From an uncultured Chitinophagaceae bacterium (GTDB taxonomy: Bacteria; Bacteroidota; Ignavibacteria; UBA10030; UBA8401), in assembly GCA_964367235.1 (NCBI GenBank), contig CAYIXI010000001.1, forward strand, positions 14,878 through 78,877: 64,000 nucleotides of DNA. The letters are read 5' to 3'. The notes beneath the pieces are model-generated. The model had not been told where the DNA came from and did no database searches. It saw only the letters and a program-made list of their open reading frames with translations. This document shows, in pieces, positions 10,575 through 20,390 of the stretch. The translations under genes and the position numbers were made by a program. How positions within the stretch are numbered: position 1 is the first letter of the stretch; every line of letters begins with the position of its first letter.

Positions 10575-11252
10575 TTGGAATATTTTTATACTATTATAAT
10601 TGGATATTTAATTGGCTCGATTTCGCCAAGCATTATAATTTCAAAATATTTTAGTGGCATCGATATAAAAAAACATGGAAGTGGAAATGCTGGCGGAACA
10701 AATATGTTGCGTGTATTTGGTTGGAGGATTGCTGTACCAGTTATGCTGTTTGATATTTTCAAAAGTTTTTTTTCTGTTAAATATCTTCCAGCAATTATTC
10801 TTTCTTTTTCAAATTTATCAAACACAGAAACAAATATTATTCTTTTAAAAATTTTTGGTGGTAGCGCCGCAGTTATTGGACACATCTGGACAATCTTTGG
10901 TAATTTCAAAGGTGGCAAAGGTGTTGCAACTTCAATTGGTTTTATGTTGGCACTTGCTCCGATTGAATTTTTATTTTCCACAATAACTTTTATTATTGTG
11001 ATTGGATTTTCAAGATATGTTTCGCTTGGTTCGATTTTAGGTTCAATAACTTTTCTTTTGGCATTTATTTTTCGAAAATATATTTTAAACTCTTCAATTG
11101 ATGGTTTTGAGTATATAATATGGGTTGCTTTCGCAATTCCGATTTTGATAATTTTTACACATCGAACAAATATTAAACGATTAATTGATGGCAAAGAAAA
11201 TAAAATTTTAAGTTTTCGAGGCGGAACTCATCCTCCAAAAAATGGAAATTAA
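10575..11252 (+). CDS. plsY: Glycerol-3-phosphate acyltransferase PlsY
   Basis: GSGNAGGTNMLRVFG motif and 5-6 TM helices. Confidence 0.85.
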   Translation: MEYFYTIIIGYLIGSISPSIIISKYFSGIDIKKHGSGNAGGTNMLRVFGWRIAVPVMLFDIFKSFFSVKYLPAIILSFSNLSNTETNIILLKIFGGSAAVIGHIWTIFGNFKGGKGVATSIGFMLALAPIEFLFSTITFIIVIGFSRYVSLGSILGSITFLLAFIFRKYILNSSIDGFEYIIWVAFAIPILIIFTHRTNIKRLIDGKENKILSFRGGTHPPKNGN

Positions 11253-11255
11253 TTT

Positions 11256-12254
11256 ATGAAGATTGCAATACTTGGCGCTGGAAGTTGGGGCACTACCCTT
11301 AGTTTAGTATTTAACGATAACCAACACGAGGTTACACTTTGGTCGCACAACGCCGAACAAGTTAAGAAAATTAACTCAACCAGAAAAAATAATCCTTACA
11401 CCGAATCAGTTTTAATTCCGAAGGAAATAAAAATTACAACTGATTTAGAAGAAACAATTTCCCAAAATAAAATTATTGTTACAGCAATTCCATCTCAACA
11501 TCTTCGTTCAGTTTTAAATAAAATATCTTATTTAGATTTAAGTGACCATATATTTTGTAATGTCTCAAAGGGAATTGAAAACGAATCGCTCATGACGATG
11601 TCCGAAGTAATGATGGATTCGATTCCTTCAATCACAAAAAGAAATTTAGCAATTTTATCTGGTCCAAGTCATGCGGAAGAAGTTTGGAGAAAAATTCCGA
11701 CTGCAGTTGTAACTGCGAGTTACTCAATTAAAACTGCAAAATTACTTTCGTCAATTTTTAGTACAAATTATTTTCGAGTTTATCAAAGCGATGACATTCG
11801 TGGTGTTGAACTTGGTGGCTCGCTAAAAAATGTAATCGCAATTGGTTCAGGAATAATTGATGGTTCTGGTTTTGGAGATAATACAAAAGCCGCAATTATT
11901 ACAAGAGGCATGCTCGAGATGTCAAGACTCGGAGTGAAAATGGGTGCGCTTCCCAGAACTTTTACTGGTTTATCCGGAGTTGGAGATTTAATTGTAACTT
12001 GTATGAGTAAATTTAGTCGCAATCGTCATGTTGGTGATCAACTCGGAAAAGGTGAGAAGCTCGAAAGTATTTTAAAAAAAATGGTAATGGTTGCAGAAGG
12101 AGTTACAACTGCAAAATCTGCAAAAGATTTATCAATAAAATTTGGAGTTGAGATGCCAATATTTTCTGAGGTTTATAAAATATTGTACGAAAATAAAAAT
12201 CCGCAATCTTCAACAATTGAATTAATGACTCGTGAATTACGACAGGAACATTAA
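11256..12254 (+). CDS. gpsA: NAD(P)H-dependent glycerol-3-phosphate dehydrogenase
   Basis: MKIAILGAGSWGTTLS Rossmann N-terminus; 332 aa. Confidence 0.9.
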   Translation: MKIAILGAGSWGTTLSLVFNDNQHEVTLWSHNAEQVKKINSTRKNNPYTESVLIPKEIKITTDLEETISQNKIIVTAIPSQHLRSVLNKISYLDLSDHIFCNVSKGIENESLMTMSEVMMDSIPSITKRNLAILSGPSHAEEVWRKIPTAVVTASYSIKTAKLLSSIFSTNYFRVYQSDDIRGVELGGSLKNVIAIGSGIIDGSGFGDNTKAAIITRGMLEMSRLGVKMGALPRTFTGLSGVGDLIVTCMSKFSRNRHVGDQLGKGEKLESILKKMVMVAEGVTTAKSAKDLSIKFGVEMPIFSEVYKILYENKNPQSSTIELMTRELRQEH

Positions 12255-12356
12255 TCTCTTTGATTTAGATTTTCATTTCACTTCAAATTATTTTTCAAAT
12301 CAAATGGTGCAATTAAATTATCAAATTGAAAAATATTTTTTCATCGAAATAAATTT

Positions 12357-14534
12357 GTGATATCAACTGACTCACTTCAATTTGTAAAAGGGATTGGACC
12401 AAAACGGATTCAAGCTCTAAATTTAATTGGCATTAATTCCATATCTGATTTACTCTATTATTTTCCGTACGATTATCTGGATCGCTCAAAAATTGTTAAA
12501 ATAGAAAAACTTAAAAATTTTATAAATAAAAATGAAGAAGTAACAATTGTTGCGGAAATATTTCGACAAGAAACGCGCAGAACCAGAAATGGAAAAAAGA
12601 TTTTTATTTTGACAGTGAAAGATGAAACAGGATTTTTGCCATGTTTGTATTTTCATGGTGCGCATTGGCTCAGCAAAATGTTTAATGTTGGTGATGTTTT
12701 AGCATTATCATCTTTTGTAGAGATTGATAAATATAATCGTCCGCAATTTATTCATTCGGAGCATGATAGACTTTTTGCAATTGATGATGACGACAAAACT
12801 AATTGGAAAGAAAAATTAAATACTGGCGCAATAATTCCTAAATATCATTTAAACGAAGAATTGCGAAAAGTTGGAATTGAACAGAGGCAGTTGCGAAAAA
12901 TAATGCGTGACGCATTAAACAGATATTTAAATTCTGTTGAAGAATATTTACCTCGCGCAATTTTAAATGAACGAGCGCTTTTAAATTTACAATCTGCAAT
13001 TAGCCATCTTCACTTTCCCGATTCACTTGAAAATAAAAATCATGCACTTAAAAGAATTAAATATGACGAAAGTTTTTATTTTCAACTCTTGATTGCATTT
13101 CGCAAAAAGGAAATCGAAGAAGATAGAAATGGAATTAATTGTAAATCGAAAAATATTTTAAACAAAAAACTTTTAAGCGAACTTACTTTTAATTTAACTT
13201 CGGCACAGCAAAAAGTTATTAGTGAAATCTCTCACGACATGTCTTCAACTAAACCAATGAATCGTTTGCTTCAAGGAGATGTTGGAAGTGGAAAAACAAT
13301 TGTTTCATTTTTTGCAATGCTCAGTGCAATCGAAAATAATTTACAAGTTGCATTAATGGCACCAACCGAAATTTTAGCCGAGCAACACTTCGCAACTATA
13401 TCACACTTTGCAAAAAATTTAAATTTAAATATAAGATTGCTTGTCGGGAAGCAAAGTAAAAAACTTCGGAGTGATATTTTGGAAGATATCGGCCGAGGTT
13501 CAGCGCAAATAATTATCGGAACGCATGCGTTATTTCAAAAACATGTTGTGTTTGAAAATTTGGGACTTGTTGTAATTGATGAGCAACATCGTTTTGGAGT
13601 TTCTCAAAGAGCGCAACTTCGTGAAAAAGGAAAATCGCATCCTCATCTTTTGGTGATGACTGCAACTCCAATTCCTCGCTCGCTTGCAATGACTTTATAC
13701 GGCGATTTAGATATTTCAACAATTGATGAAATGCCAAAAAATCGTAAAAAAATTAAAACGGCAATTCGTTTTGATAAAGATAAAGTAAAAATTTATGATT
13801 TCATTCGAAAGGAAATTAGCGAGCAAAAACAAGCCTATATTGTCGTTCCGTTAATTGAGGAATCGGAAAAGGTCAATTACAAATCGGCAATTGATGAGTT
13901 TGAAAATCTCCAAAAAAATATTTTTACAGATTTAAAATTAGGATTATTGCATGGGAAATTAAGCTCCGATGAAAAAAGAATTGTGATGGAAAAATTTGCA
14001 AAAAATAAAATAAATATTTTAGTCTCCACAACAGTTATTGAAGTTGGAATTGATGTAGCGAACGCAACCGTAATGATGATTGAAGATGCTGAAAAATTTG
14101 GGCTCGCACAATTGCATCAATTGCGTGGAAGAGTTGGAAGAGGAACTGAACAATCTTATTGCATTTTAATTTCTAAGTTAGATGAAAAAATAAAAACAAC
14201 TTACTCTGAAAATAAAAAAGAAAATATCGAAAGAATTAAAATTGCAAAAAAAAGATTAGAGACAATGGTTGCGACCAATGATGGATTTAAAATTGCAGAG
14301 GTTGATTTAGAACTTCGTGGCAGTGGTGAATTATTTGGAATGCGACAAGCAGGCGAAGCAAATTTTATGATGTTAGATGTTGTGCATGACACTGAACTTT
14401 TAATTTTTGCGCGAGAAGATACTTCGGCAATTGTTCAAAGCGATCCAAATCTTTTAAGAGACGAACACAAAAAAATAAAAAATATTTTTCAAAAAAGATT
14501 CCAACATCTTCTCTCCTTCGTTCGTTCCGGATAA
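12357..14534 (+). CDS. recG: ATP-dependent DNA helicase RecG (GTG start)
   Basis: Wedge domain + helicase motifs GDVGSGKT, DEQHRFGV, TATPIPRS, QLRGRVGRG; 725 aa. Confidence 0.9.
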   Translation: MISTDSLQFVKGIGPKRIQALNLIGINSISDLLYYFPYDYLDRSKIVKIEKLKNFINKNEEVTIVAEIFRQETRRTRNGKKIFILTVKDETGFLPCLYFHGAHWLSKMFNVGDVLALSSFVEIDKYNRPQFIHSEHDRLFAIDDDDKTNWKEKLNTGAIIPKYHLNEELRKVGIEQRQLRKIMRDALNRYLNSVEEYLPRAILNERALLNLQSAISHLHFPDSLENKNHALKRIKYDESFYFQLLIAFRKKEIEEDRNGINCKSKNILNKKLLSELTFNLTSAQQKVISEISHDMSSTKPMNRLLQGDVGSGKTIVSFFAMLSAIENNLQVALMAPTEILAEQHFATISHFAKNLNLNIRLLVGKQSKKLRSDILEDIGRGSAQIIIGTHALFQKHVVFENLGLVVIDEQHRFGVSQRAQLREKGKSHPHLLVMTATPIPRSLAMTLYGDLDISTIDEMPKNRKKIKTAIRFDKDKVKIYDFIRKEISEQKQAYIVVPLIEESEKVNYKSAIDEFENLQKNIFTDLKLGLLHGKLSSDEKRIVMEKFAKNKINILVSTTVIEVGIDVANATVMMIEDAEKFGLAQLHQLRGRVGRGTEQSYCILISKLDEKIKTTYSENKKENIERIKIAKKRLETMVATNDGFKIAEVDLELRGSGELFGMRQAGEANFMMLDVVHDTELLIFAREDTSAIVQSDPNLLRDEHKKIKNIFQKRFQHLLSFVRSG

Positions 14535-14567
14535 AATCAAAAAATAAATAAAAACGCAGTAAAACTA

Positions 14568-14606
14568 TTGACAACTCGATTATAATTCTTATATTTGTAA
14601 TAAGAA
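14568..14606 (+). promoter_or_regulatory. Putative promoter (TTGACA-16-TATATT) overlapped by dyad TTCTTAT-N7-ATAAGAA, upstream of the ATP-grasp/GNAT/KamA cassette
   Basis: TTGACA at 14568-14573 and TATATT at 14590-14595; inverted repeat 14586-14592 / 14600-14606 straddles the -10 and +1 region. Confidence 0.35.
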
Positions 14607-14660
14607 AATGAAATTATTCTATCACAATATGAAAGGTATCGAGCAGTTTATAAATACTGC

Positions 14661-15737
14661 ATGCAAGTTGCACTCCTCTACAACCTGAAGAAAGAAAATT
14701 CTGAATTAAACGGAGCTAATTCAGAAACTTCAAGTCAAAAAACTTTTCAATCCTTAGAAACTCCACAAGAGACTCTCACGCGTATTGATACCTACGCAGA
14801 GTGGGATACTATTGAAACTATAAACGCACTTCGCGATGCCTTGGCAATTCGTCATGATGTTACTTTAATCGAAGCAGATGAATTTGCATTTGAAAAACTT
14901 CGTCTCTTAAAACCTGAAATTGTTTTTAATGTTACTGAAGGAAAATACGGCGCATCGCGTGAAGCACAAATTCCAGCAATGCTTGAAATGTTAGAAATTC
15001 CATACACGGGAAGCGACCCAGTTACTCTTGGAATTTGTTTGGACAAATCTCGCGCAAAAGAAATTCTCTCGTACTATAATATTGCAAATCCAAAATTTAA
15101 AGTTATCAAAGATTTAGAGGAAGAAATTCCAAACGATTTTAGTTTCCCATTAATAGTAAAACCTCTTTTTGAGGGCTCAAGTAAAGGGATTTTTAACAAA
15201 TCGGTTGTTGAAAATATGAACGAATTAACTGAAATCGTAAAAGAAATAATTTCGGAATACAAAGAGCCAGCGTTGATTGAAGAATTTCTTCCGGGAAGAG
15301 AATTTACTGTTGCGATTTTAGGAAATAAAGATAGAGCAAGAATTTTACCAATCGTTGAAATTAAATTTGATGCTTTGCCAAAAGATGTCAAACCAATTTA
15401 TTCGTACGAAGCAAAATGGATTTGGGACCAATCCGAATTTCCACATGATATTTATGAATGTCCCGCGCAAGTTTCAAATGAGCTGAATCAAAAAATAAAA
15501 AACATTTGTTTGAGTACTTATCATACACTTGGTTGCAGAGATTGGGCGAGAGTTGATGTAAGACTTGATGCAAGTGGTGAACCACAAATAATTGAAATTA
15601 ATCCACTTCCAGGAATTTTACCAAAGGCTGAAGATAATTCTTGTTATCCACGAGCGGCGAGAATCGCTGGCTATACTTATAATGAAATGATTAACGCTGT
15701 GCTTGACGAAGCATGTTTGAGAAACGGACTACTATGA
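14661..15737 (+). CDS. D-Ala-D-Ala-ligase-family ATP-grasp ligase, paralog 1
   Basis: Ddl-like three-domain layout; ATP-grasp motifs (PLIVKP ... GSSKGI ... EEFLPGREFTV ... RVDVRLD ... IEINPLPG). Confidence 0.7.
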   Translation: MQVALLYNLKKENSELNGANSETSSQKTFQSLETPQETLTRIDTYAEWDTIETINALRDALAIRHDVTLIEADEFAFEKLRLLKPEIVFNVTEGKYGASREAQIPAMLEMLEIPYTGSDPVTLGICLDKSRAKEILSYYNIANPKFKVIKDLEEEIPNDFSFPLIVKPLFEGSSKGIFNKSVVENMNELTEIVKEIISEYKEPALIEEFLPGREFTVAILGNKDRARILPIVEIKFDALPKDVKPIYSYEAKWIWDQSEFPHDIYECPAQVSNELNQKIKNICLSTYHTLGCRDWARVDVRLDASGEPQIIEINPLPGILPKAEDNSCYPRAARIAGYTYNEMINAVLDEACLRNGLL

Positions 15738-16816
15738 AAAAAAGAATTGCAATAATATATAACGAACCAACAATCTCAACTGAAAATGGAAAAGAATTTA
15801 TTTCTCAAACATCTTTCAATAATAATTTAGATTTTAATTCTGTATCAAATCTTTCTGCAAAATTAATTGACATGTCCGAAGTTGGAGTGCTCGAAGAGAA
15901 AGAAGACATTCAGCGAGTTTTGGAAAAATATAATTACGAAGCTGTAATTTTTAATGTTTCGGAAAACATAAAAGAGTTAATTCAGTTTATTGAAAATGAA
16001 AAGATAGATTTAATTTTTAATTTAGTTGAAGGGCTTGGAGAGGAATCGATTCACGAAATGCATATTGCCGGAATTTACGATTTGCTCGGAAAAAATTATA
16101 CCGGTTCCGCCGCTCGTACACTTGGCATCTGCCTTGATAAAGCAAGAACAAAAGAAATTCTTTCTCATCATAAAATTTTAACTCCAAATTTTACAACTTT
16201 ATATTACGGCGAAAATTTTACAAAAGCTCAAATTAATTTAAAATATCCATTGTTCGTAAAATTTAGAGAGCAAGATGCAAGTTTGGGAATCGACAATAAT
16301 TCTCTCGTAACAACATTTAAGGAATTAAAAGACAAAGTTTTAGATTTATGGTCGCAACATCAAGGTTCTATTATAATAGAAGAGTACATCGATGGACGCG
16401 AATTAAACATCGCGGTTATTGGAAATGAAAAACCAATTGCGATGCCAATTTCTGAAATTAGTTTTGACACTTTGCCAAAAAATTACCCCAAAATTGTTTC
16501 GTACAATTCAAAATGGATGAAAGGCACCGTGGAATATGACCATACAGTTGGCATCTGTCCTGCTGATTTGCCAAAAAATTTAACCACCGAAATGCAAAAA
16601 ATTGCAGTTGAGGCTTTTAAAATTCTTGGCTTGCGAGATTATTCGCGTGTTGATTTTCGTTTGGACGAAAATAATATCCCGTATGTTTTGGAAGTAAATC
16701 CAAATCCGGATATTACTGATGATGCTGGCTTTGCTCGTTCGGCAAAAGCCGCAGGTTACTCTTACGAAGAAATTGTTGCAAAAATTATTGAGATGGCTTT
16801 AAATCGTTCCAAGTAA
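15734..16816 (+). CDS. D-Ala-D-Ala-ligase-family ATP-grasp ligase, paralog 2
   Basis: Same architecture as paralog 1 (about 30-35% identity by eye). ATG 15734 forms an ATGA overlap with the stop of paralog 1; the track start 15713 is in frame but overlaps. Confidence 0.7.
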   Translation: MKKRIAIIYNEPTISTENGKEFISQTSFNNNLDFNSVSNLSAKLIDMSEVGVLEEKEDIQRVLEKYNYEAVIFNVSENIKELIQFIENEKIDLIFNLVEGLGEESIHEMHIAGIYDLLGKNYTGSAARTLGICLDKARTKEILSHHKILTPNFTTLYYGENFTKAQINLKYPLFVKFREQDASLGIDNNSLVTTFKELKDKVLDLWSQHQGSIIIEEYIDGRELNIAVIGNEKPIAMPISEISFDTLPKNYPKIVSYNSKWMKGTVEYDHTVGICPADLPKNLTTEMQKIAVEAFKILGLRDYSRVDFRLDENNIPYVLEVNPNPDITDDAGFARSAKAAGYSYEEIVAKIIEMALNRSK

Positions 16817-16825
16817 TTTTTTAAA

Positions 16826-17302
16826 ATGTCAATTAGAAAATTTGAAAAAAGCGATCGTGAAAATATTTTACATCACATTAAAGCAACAAATGTTTTTAAT
16901 GATGAAGAAGTTGAGATTGCAAAAGAATTAATTGATGTATTTTTAGATGAACCGAATCAAAAAGATTATGATTTATATGTTTATGCTGATGAAGAAAATA
17001 TTGCACAAGGTTATATTTGCATCGGACATACGCCAGCAACAATTGGCACTTACGATTTGTATTGGATAGTTGTGAATCCGAACGAACACAAAAAAGGAAT
17101 TGGTAAAGCGTTGCTCTATTATATTGAAGAGATGTTGAAACTTGTCGGTGGAAATTTGTTGATTGCAGAAACTTCCTCGACTCAAAAATATGATAACACA
17201 AGAAAATTTTATAAGCGAACTAATTTTATCGAACTTGTGCGAATAAAAGAATATTATCGTCCCGACGATGATTTAATAATTTTTGGAAAATATTTAAAAT
17301 AA
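16826..17302 (+). CDS. GNAT-family N-acetyltransferase (158 aa)
   Basis: Acetyl-CoA-binding motif A region NEHKKGIGKALL. Confidence 0.75.
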   Translation: MSIRKFEKSDRENILHHIKATNVFNDEEVEIAKELIDVFLDEPNQKDYDLYVYADEENIAQGYICIGHTPATIGTYDLYWIVVNPNEHKKGIGKALLYYIEEMLKLVGGNLLIAETSSTQKYDNTRKFYKRTNFIELVRIKEYYRPDDDLIIFGKYLK

Positions 17303-17317
17303 CTTACAGGAGATTTT

Positions 17318-18439
17318 ATGGAACTCTGGCAAAAATTGCTAAGAGAAAGTGTTGATTGCCCAAAACATTTAGTTGAAAAGTTTGGTTTCGAACCTAAACT
17401 TGCTGAACAATTAAATAATCTTTTTCATACTCGTATCAATCCATATTATTTGGGATTAATTCGCGAGCCCGGCGATCCGATTTGGTTGCAATGTATGCCA
17501 AATGCTTTGGAGTTAAATGATGACAAAGCTCCACTTGATCCTCTAAATGAAGAAGCCAATAGTCCTGTTCCAAGTATTACTCATCGTTATCCCGATAGAG
17601 TTTTATTTTTAACTACAAGTCAGTGCGCAATGTATTGTCGTTTCTGCACAAGAAAAAGAAAAGTTGGAGACTCTGGAAAAATTTCGATGAAATTTATTCA
17701 ATCTGGTTTGGATTATATTGCCGCGCATCCCGAAGTTCGTGATGTAATTCTTTCTGGTGGCGATCCTTTAATGTTAACCGATGTAATGCTCGAAAAAATT
17801 CTTTCCGGTCTTCGAAAAATTCCACATATCGAAATCATTCGTCTTGGAACAAGAATGCCTTGCGTTCTTCCTCAACGCGTTACGCCAAATCTCGTAAAAA
17901 TGTTGAGCAAATATCATCCAATTTATGTCAATGTTCATTTTAATCATCCTTGGGAATGCACCGATGAGGCAAAAAAAGCTTGTGAAATGTTAGCCGATGC
18001 TGGTTGTCCAGTTGGAAATCAAGCAGTTTTGATGAAAGGGGTAAACGACAATGCCGATGTAATGCTCGAGCTTCATCGAAAACTTTTATCGATGAGAGTT
18101 AGACCTTATTATTTGTATCAAGCCGATATTACGCGCGGTGCAAATCATTTTAGAACTCCGTTAAAAGTTGGACTTGAAATTATGGATAAACTTCGCGGAC
18201 ACACATCTGGTTTAGCAATTCCGGCTTTTGTAATTGATGCGCCCGGTGGTGGCGGAAAAATTCCAATTCTTCCACAATATGTTTTGGGTAGAAAAGATAA
18301 CAAAATTATTTTGCGAAATTATAAATATGATGTTTTTGAATATCCCGATGTTATTGATGATAACACCGGAGACCCAATTGCTGATAAAGAAAAAGTGAGG
18401 AAGAAAGTTATCAAGAAAAAAGAAACCGTTGCGGTTTAA
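17318..18439 (+). CDS. kamA: KamA-family radical-SAM aminomutase (lysine 2,3-aminomutase-like)
   Basis: CAMYCRFCTRKRK radical-SAM cluster motif. PLP/KAM-family motifs GGDPLM, VNVHFNHP, YLYQADITRGANHFRT. 373 aa, a size intermediate between EpmB and clostridial KamA. Confidence 0.8.
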   Translation: MELWQKLLRESVDCPKHLVEKFGFEPKLAEQLNNLFHTRINPYYLGLIREPGDPIWLQCMPNALELNDDKAPLDPLNEEANSPVPSITHRYPDRVLFLTTSQCAMYCRFCTRKRKVGDSGKISMKFIQSGLDYIAAHPEVRDVILSGGDPLMLTDVMLEKILSGLRKIPHIEIIRLGTRMPCVLPQRVTPNLVKMLSKYHPIYVNVHFNHPWECTDEAKKACEMLADAGCPVGNQAVLMKGVNDNADVMLELHRKLLSMRVRPYYLYQADITRGANHFRTPLKVGLEIMDKLRGHTSGLAIPAFVIDAPGGGGKIPILPQYVLGRKDNKIILRNYKYDVFEYPDVIDDNTGDPIADKEKVRKKVIKKKETVAV

Positions 18440-18446
18440 ATTAAAA

Positions 18447-18475
18447 GCCCCGCTAAATCAAGCGGGGTTTTTCGT
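18447..18475 (+). terminator. Rho-independent terminator after kamA-like gene
   Basis: GCCCCGC-N8-GCGGGGT hairpin followed by a TTTTT run. Confidence 0.7.
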
Positions 18476-18509
18476 TGTATCTTGCTCATACTTTTTTTAA
18501 TTTTGCTCA

Positions 18510-20387
18510 ATGAAAATACCGGAACATATAATAGAAGAAATTCGTCGCTCGATTGATATTGTTGAATTGATTGGAAGTTACAGCCAACTTAAAAAAAGAG
18601 GAAAAAATTTTACTGGACTTTGTCCTTTTCATAAAGAAAAAACTCCATCGTTTAATGTTAGTGCCGATAAAGGATTGTTTTATTGTTTTGGTTGCAAAAA
18701 AAGTGGTGATGTTTTTACTTTTGCGATGGAGACACAAAAAATTTCTTATCCGGAAGCGATAGAATTTTTAGCAGAAAAAGCTGGTGTTAAAATTGAACGA
18801 TCGGAAATTAGTGAAGAAAAAACTTCTGAGCTTGAAAAATTATTTTCTGTAAACTCTACTGTCGCAAAAATATTTTCCAGAAATTTATTTTCATCTGAAG
18901 AAGGAAAGTTTGCGCTGGATTATCTTTCAAAAAGAGGAATCGAAAAAGAATCAATTGATAAATTTCAAATTGGGTTATCATTTAAACAATGGGATAGTTT
19001 ATATAAAGAGGGAACCGAAACAGAAGGGATTTCCGAATCGGAACTTTTGAAATTGGGATTAATCAAAAAAAGGGAAGATGGAAGTTCTTACGATACTTTT
19101 CGCGGAAGAATAATTTTTCCAATTACAAATCCGATGGGAAGAATTTCCGGATTTGGTGCGCGTAAAATTCACGAAGATGATACTCTCGGAAAATACATCA
19201 ACTCGCCCGAAACAATTATTTACAGCAAAAGCAGAATTCTTTACGGTTTATCATTTGCAAAAGATGCAATTAGAAGTAGTGAAAATGTAATTGTCGTCGA
19301 GGGTTACGCAGATTTTATTTCTCTTTTTCAAAATGGAATTAAAAATGTTGTCGCAACAAGTGGCACTGCGCTAACTATTGAGCAAGTAAAATTAATTTCG
19401 CGTTACACAAAAAATATTATTTTTATTTACGATGCAGATTTTGCCGGCTCAAATGCGATGGAGCGCGGAATTGATATTGTTTTAAGTGAAGGGCTCGATG
19501 TGAGAATTGCGCTTTTGCCTGAAGGGGAAGACCCGGATTCATTTGTTAGAAATTTTGGCGCAGAAAAATTTAACGAAATAATTAAATCTGCAGTTAGTTT
19601 TGTTGAGTTTAAAGCGGCGCAATTATTTGAAAAAGGGAAATTTGAAACTGTTGAATCAAAAGCAGTTGCTGTAAGAACGATTGTAGAATCGATTGCCAAA
19701 ATACCTGATAATTTAAAAAGAACTTTTTTTATTAAAGATGTTGCGGAAAAGTTTGGGATTTACGAAACAACTTTATTAAACGAACTTGATAAATTTTTAA
19801 CGCGAACTCCAAAAAGAAATTATGATTTTATAAATCAAACTCAATTTGAACAAAAAGGCGAGAAACCAATTACCAAAAAATTATCTTTACCAATCGAGGA
19901 AAAAGATCTTTTACTTTCAATTTTTGAGCAACCAAATCAAATCATTCCATTTATTTTTCAAAATGTTCATCTGGAAGAATTGCAACATCCAATCGTAAGA
20001 ATTATTATTGAAGAAGTTTTAGAAATGTTTGAAGAAAACCAAAAAATAGATGAACGAATTTTGCAAGAAAGACTTCCGAGCGAAGAATCAAAATCACTTT
20101 TAGCGGAAATTTTATTTTCGCGTTACGAATTAAGTTCTCGTTGGGATGATGTCGGTGCAAGATTAAGTGATGCGCGTTGGTTTGAAATTGCGCTTGGTGC
20201 AATCAAAAAAATTAAAAAAAGATTTTTGCAAGACGAACTTCAAAAAAATAAATTATTACTTCAAGAGCATTCAAGTGCGGGAGAAGACCCAACAATTTAT
20301 TTAGAGCGACAACATCAATTCTTAAATCAAATTAAAGAGATAGATAATATTAAATTGACAAAAGAAATTGATGAAGATGAAAAATAA
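18510..20387 (+). CDS. dnaG: DNA primase
   Basis: Zinc-binding CPFHKEKTPSF ... CFGC, TOPRIM domain (VVEGYADFISL, IYDADFAGSNA). Confidence 0.9.
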   Translation: MKIPEHIIEEIRRSIDIVELIGSYSQLKKRGKNFTGLCPFHKEKTPSFNVSADKGLFYCFGCKKSGDVFTFAMETQKISYPEAIEFLAEKAGVKIERSEISEEKTSELEKLFSVNSTVAKIFSRNLFSSEEGKFALDYLSKRGIEKESIDKFQIGLSFKQWDSLYKEGTETEGISESELLKLGLIKKREDGSSYDTFRGRIIFPITNPMGRISGFGARKIHEDDTLGKYINSPETIIYSKSRILYGLSFAKDAIRSSENVIVVEGYADFISLFQNGIKNVVATSGTALTIEQVKLISRYTKNIIFIYDADFAGSNAMERGIDIVLSEGLDVRIALLPEGEDPDSFVRNFGAEKFNEIIKSAVSFVEFKAAQLFEKGKFETVESKAVAVRTIVESIAKIPDNLKRTFFIKDVAEKFGIYETTLLNELDKFLTRTPKRNYDFINQTQFEQKGEKPITKKLSLPIEEKDLLLSIFEQPNQIIPFIFQNVHLEELQHPIVRIIIEEVLEMFEENQKIDERILQERLPSEESKSLLAEILFSRYELSSRWDDVGARLSDARWFEIALGAIKKIKKRFLQDELQKNKLLLQEHSSAGEDPTIYLERQHQFLNQIKEIDNIKLTKEIDEDEK

Positions 20388-20390
20388 TGT

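Noticed and set aside
10586-11194. 202-aa antisense ORF opposite plsY
   Set aside because: plsY has strong motifs on the + strand. The antisense frame is open only because of AT bias and has no RBS.
18507-18762. Small ORFs overlapping the dnaG start on both strands
   Set aside because: They are embedded in the well-supported dnaG zinc-finger region and have no independent signals.
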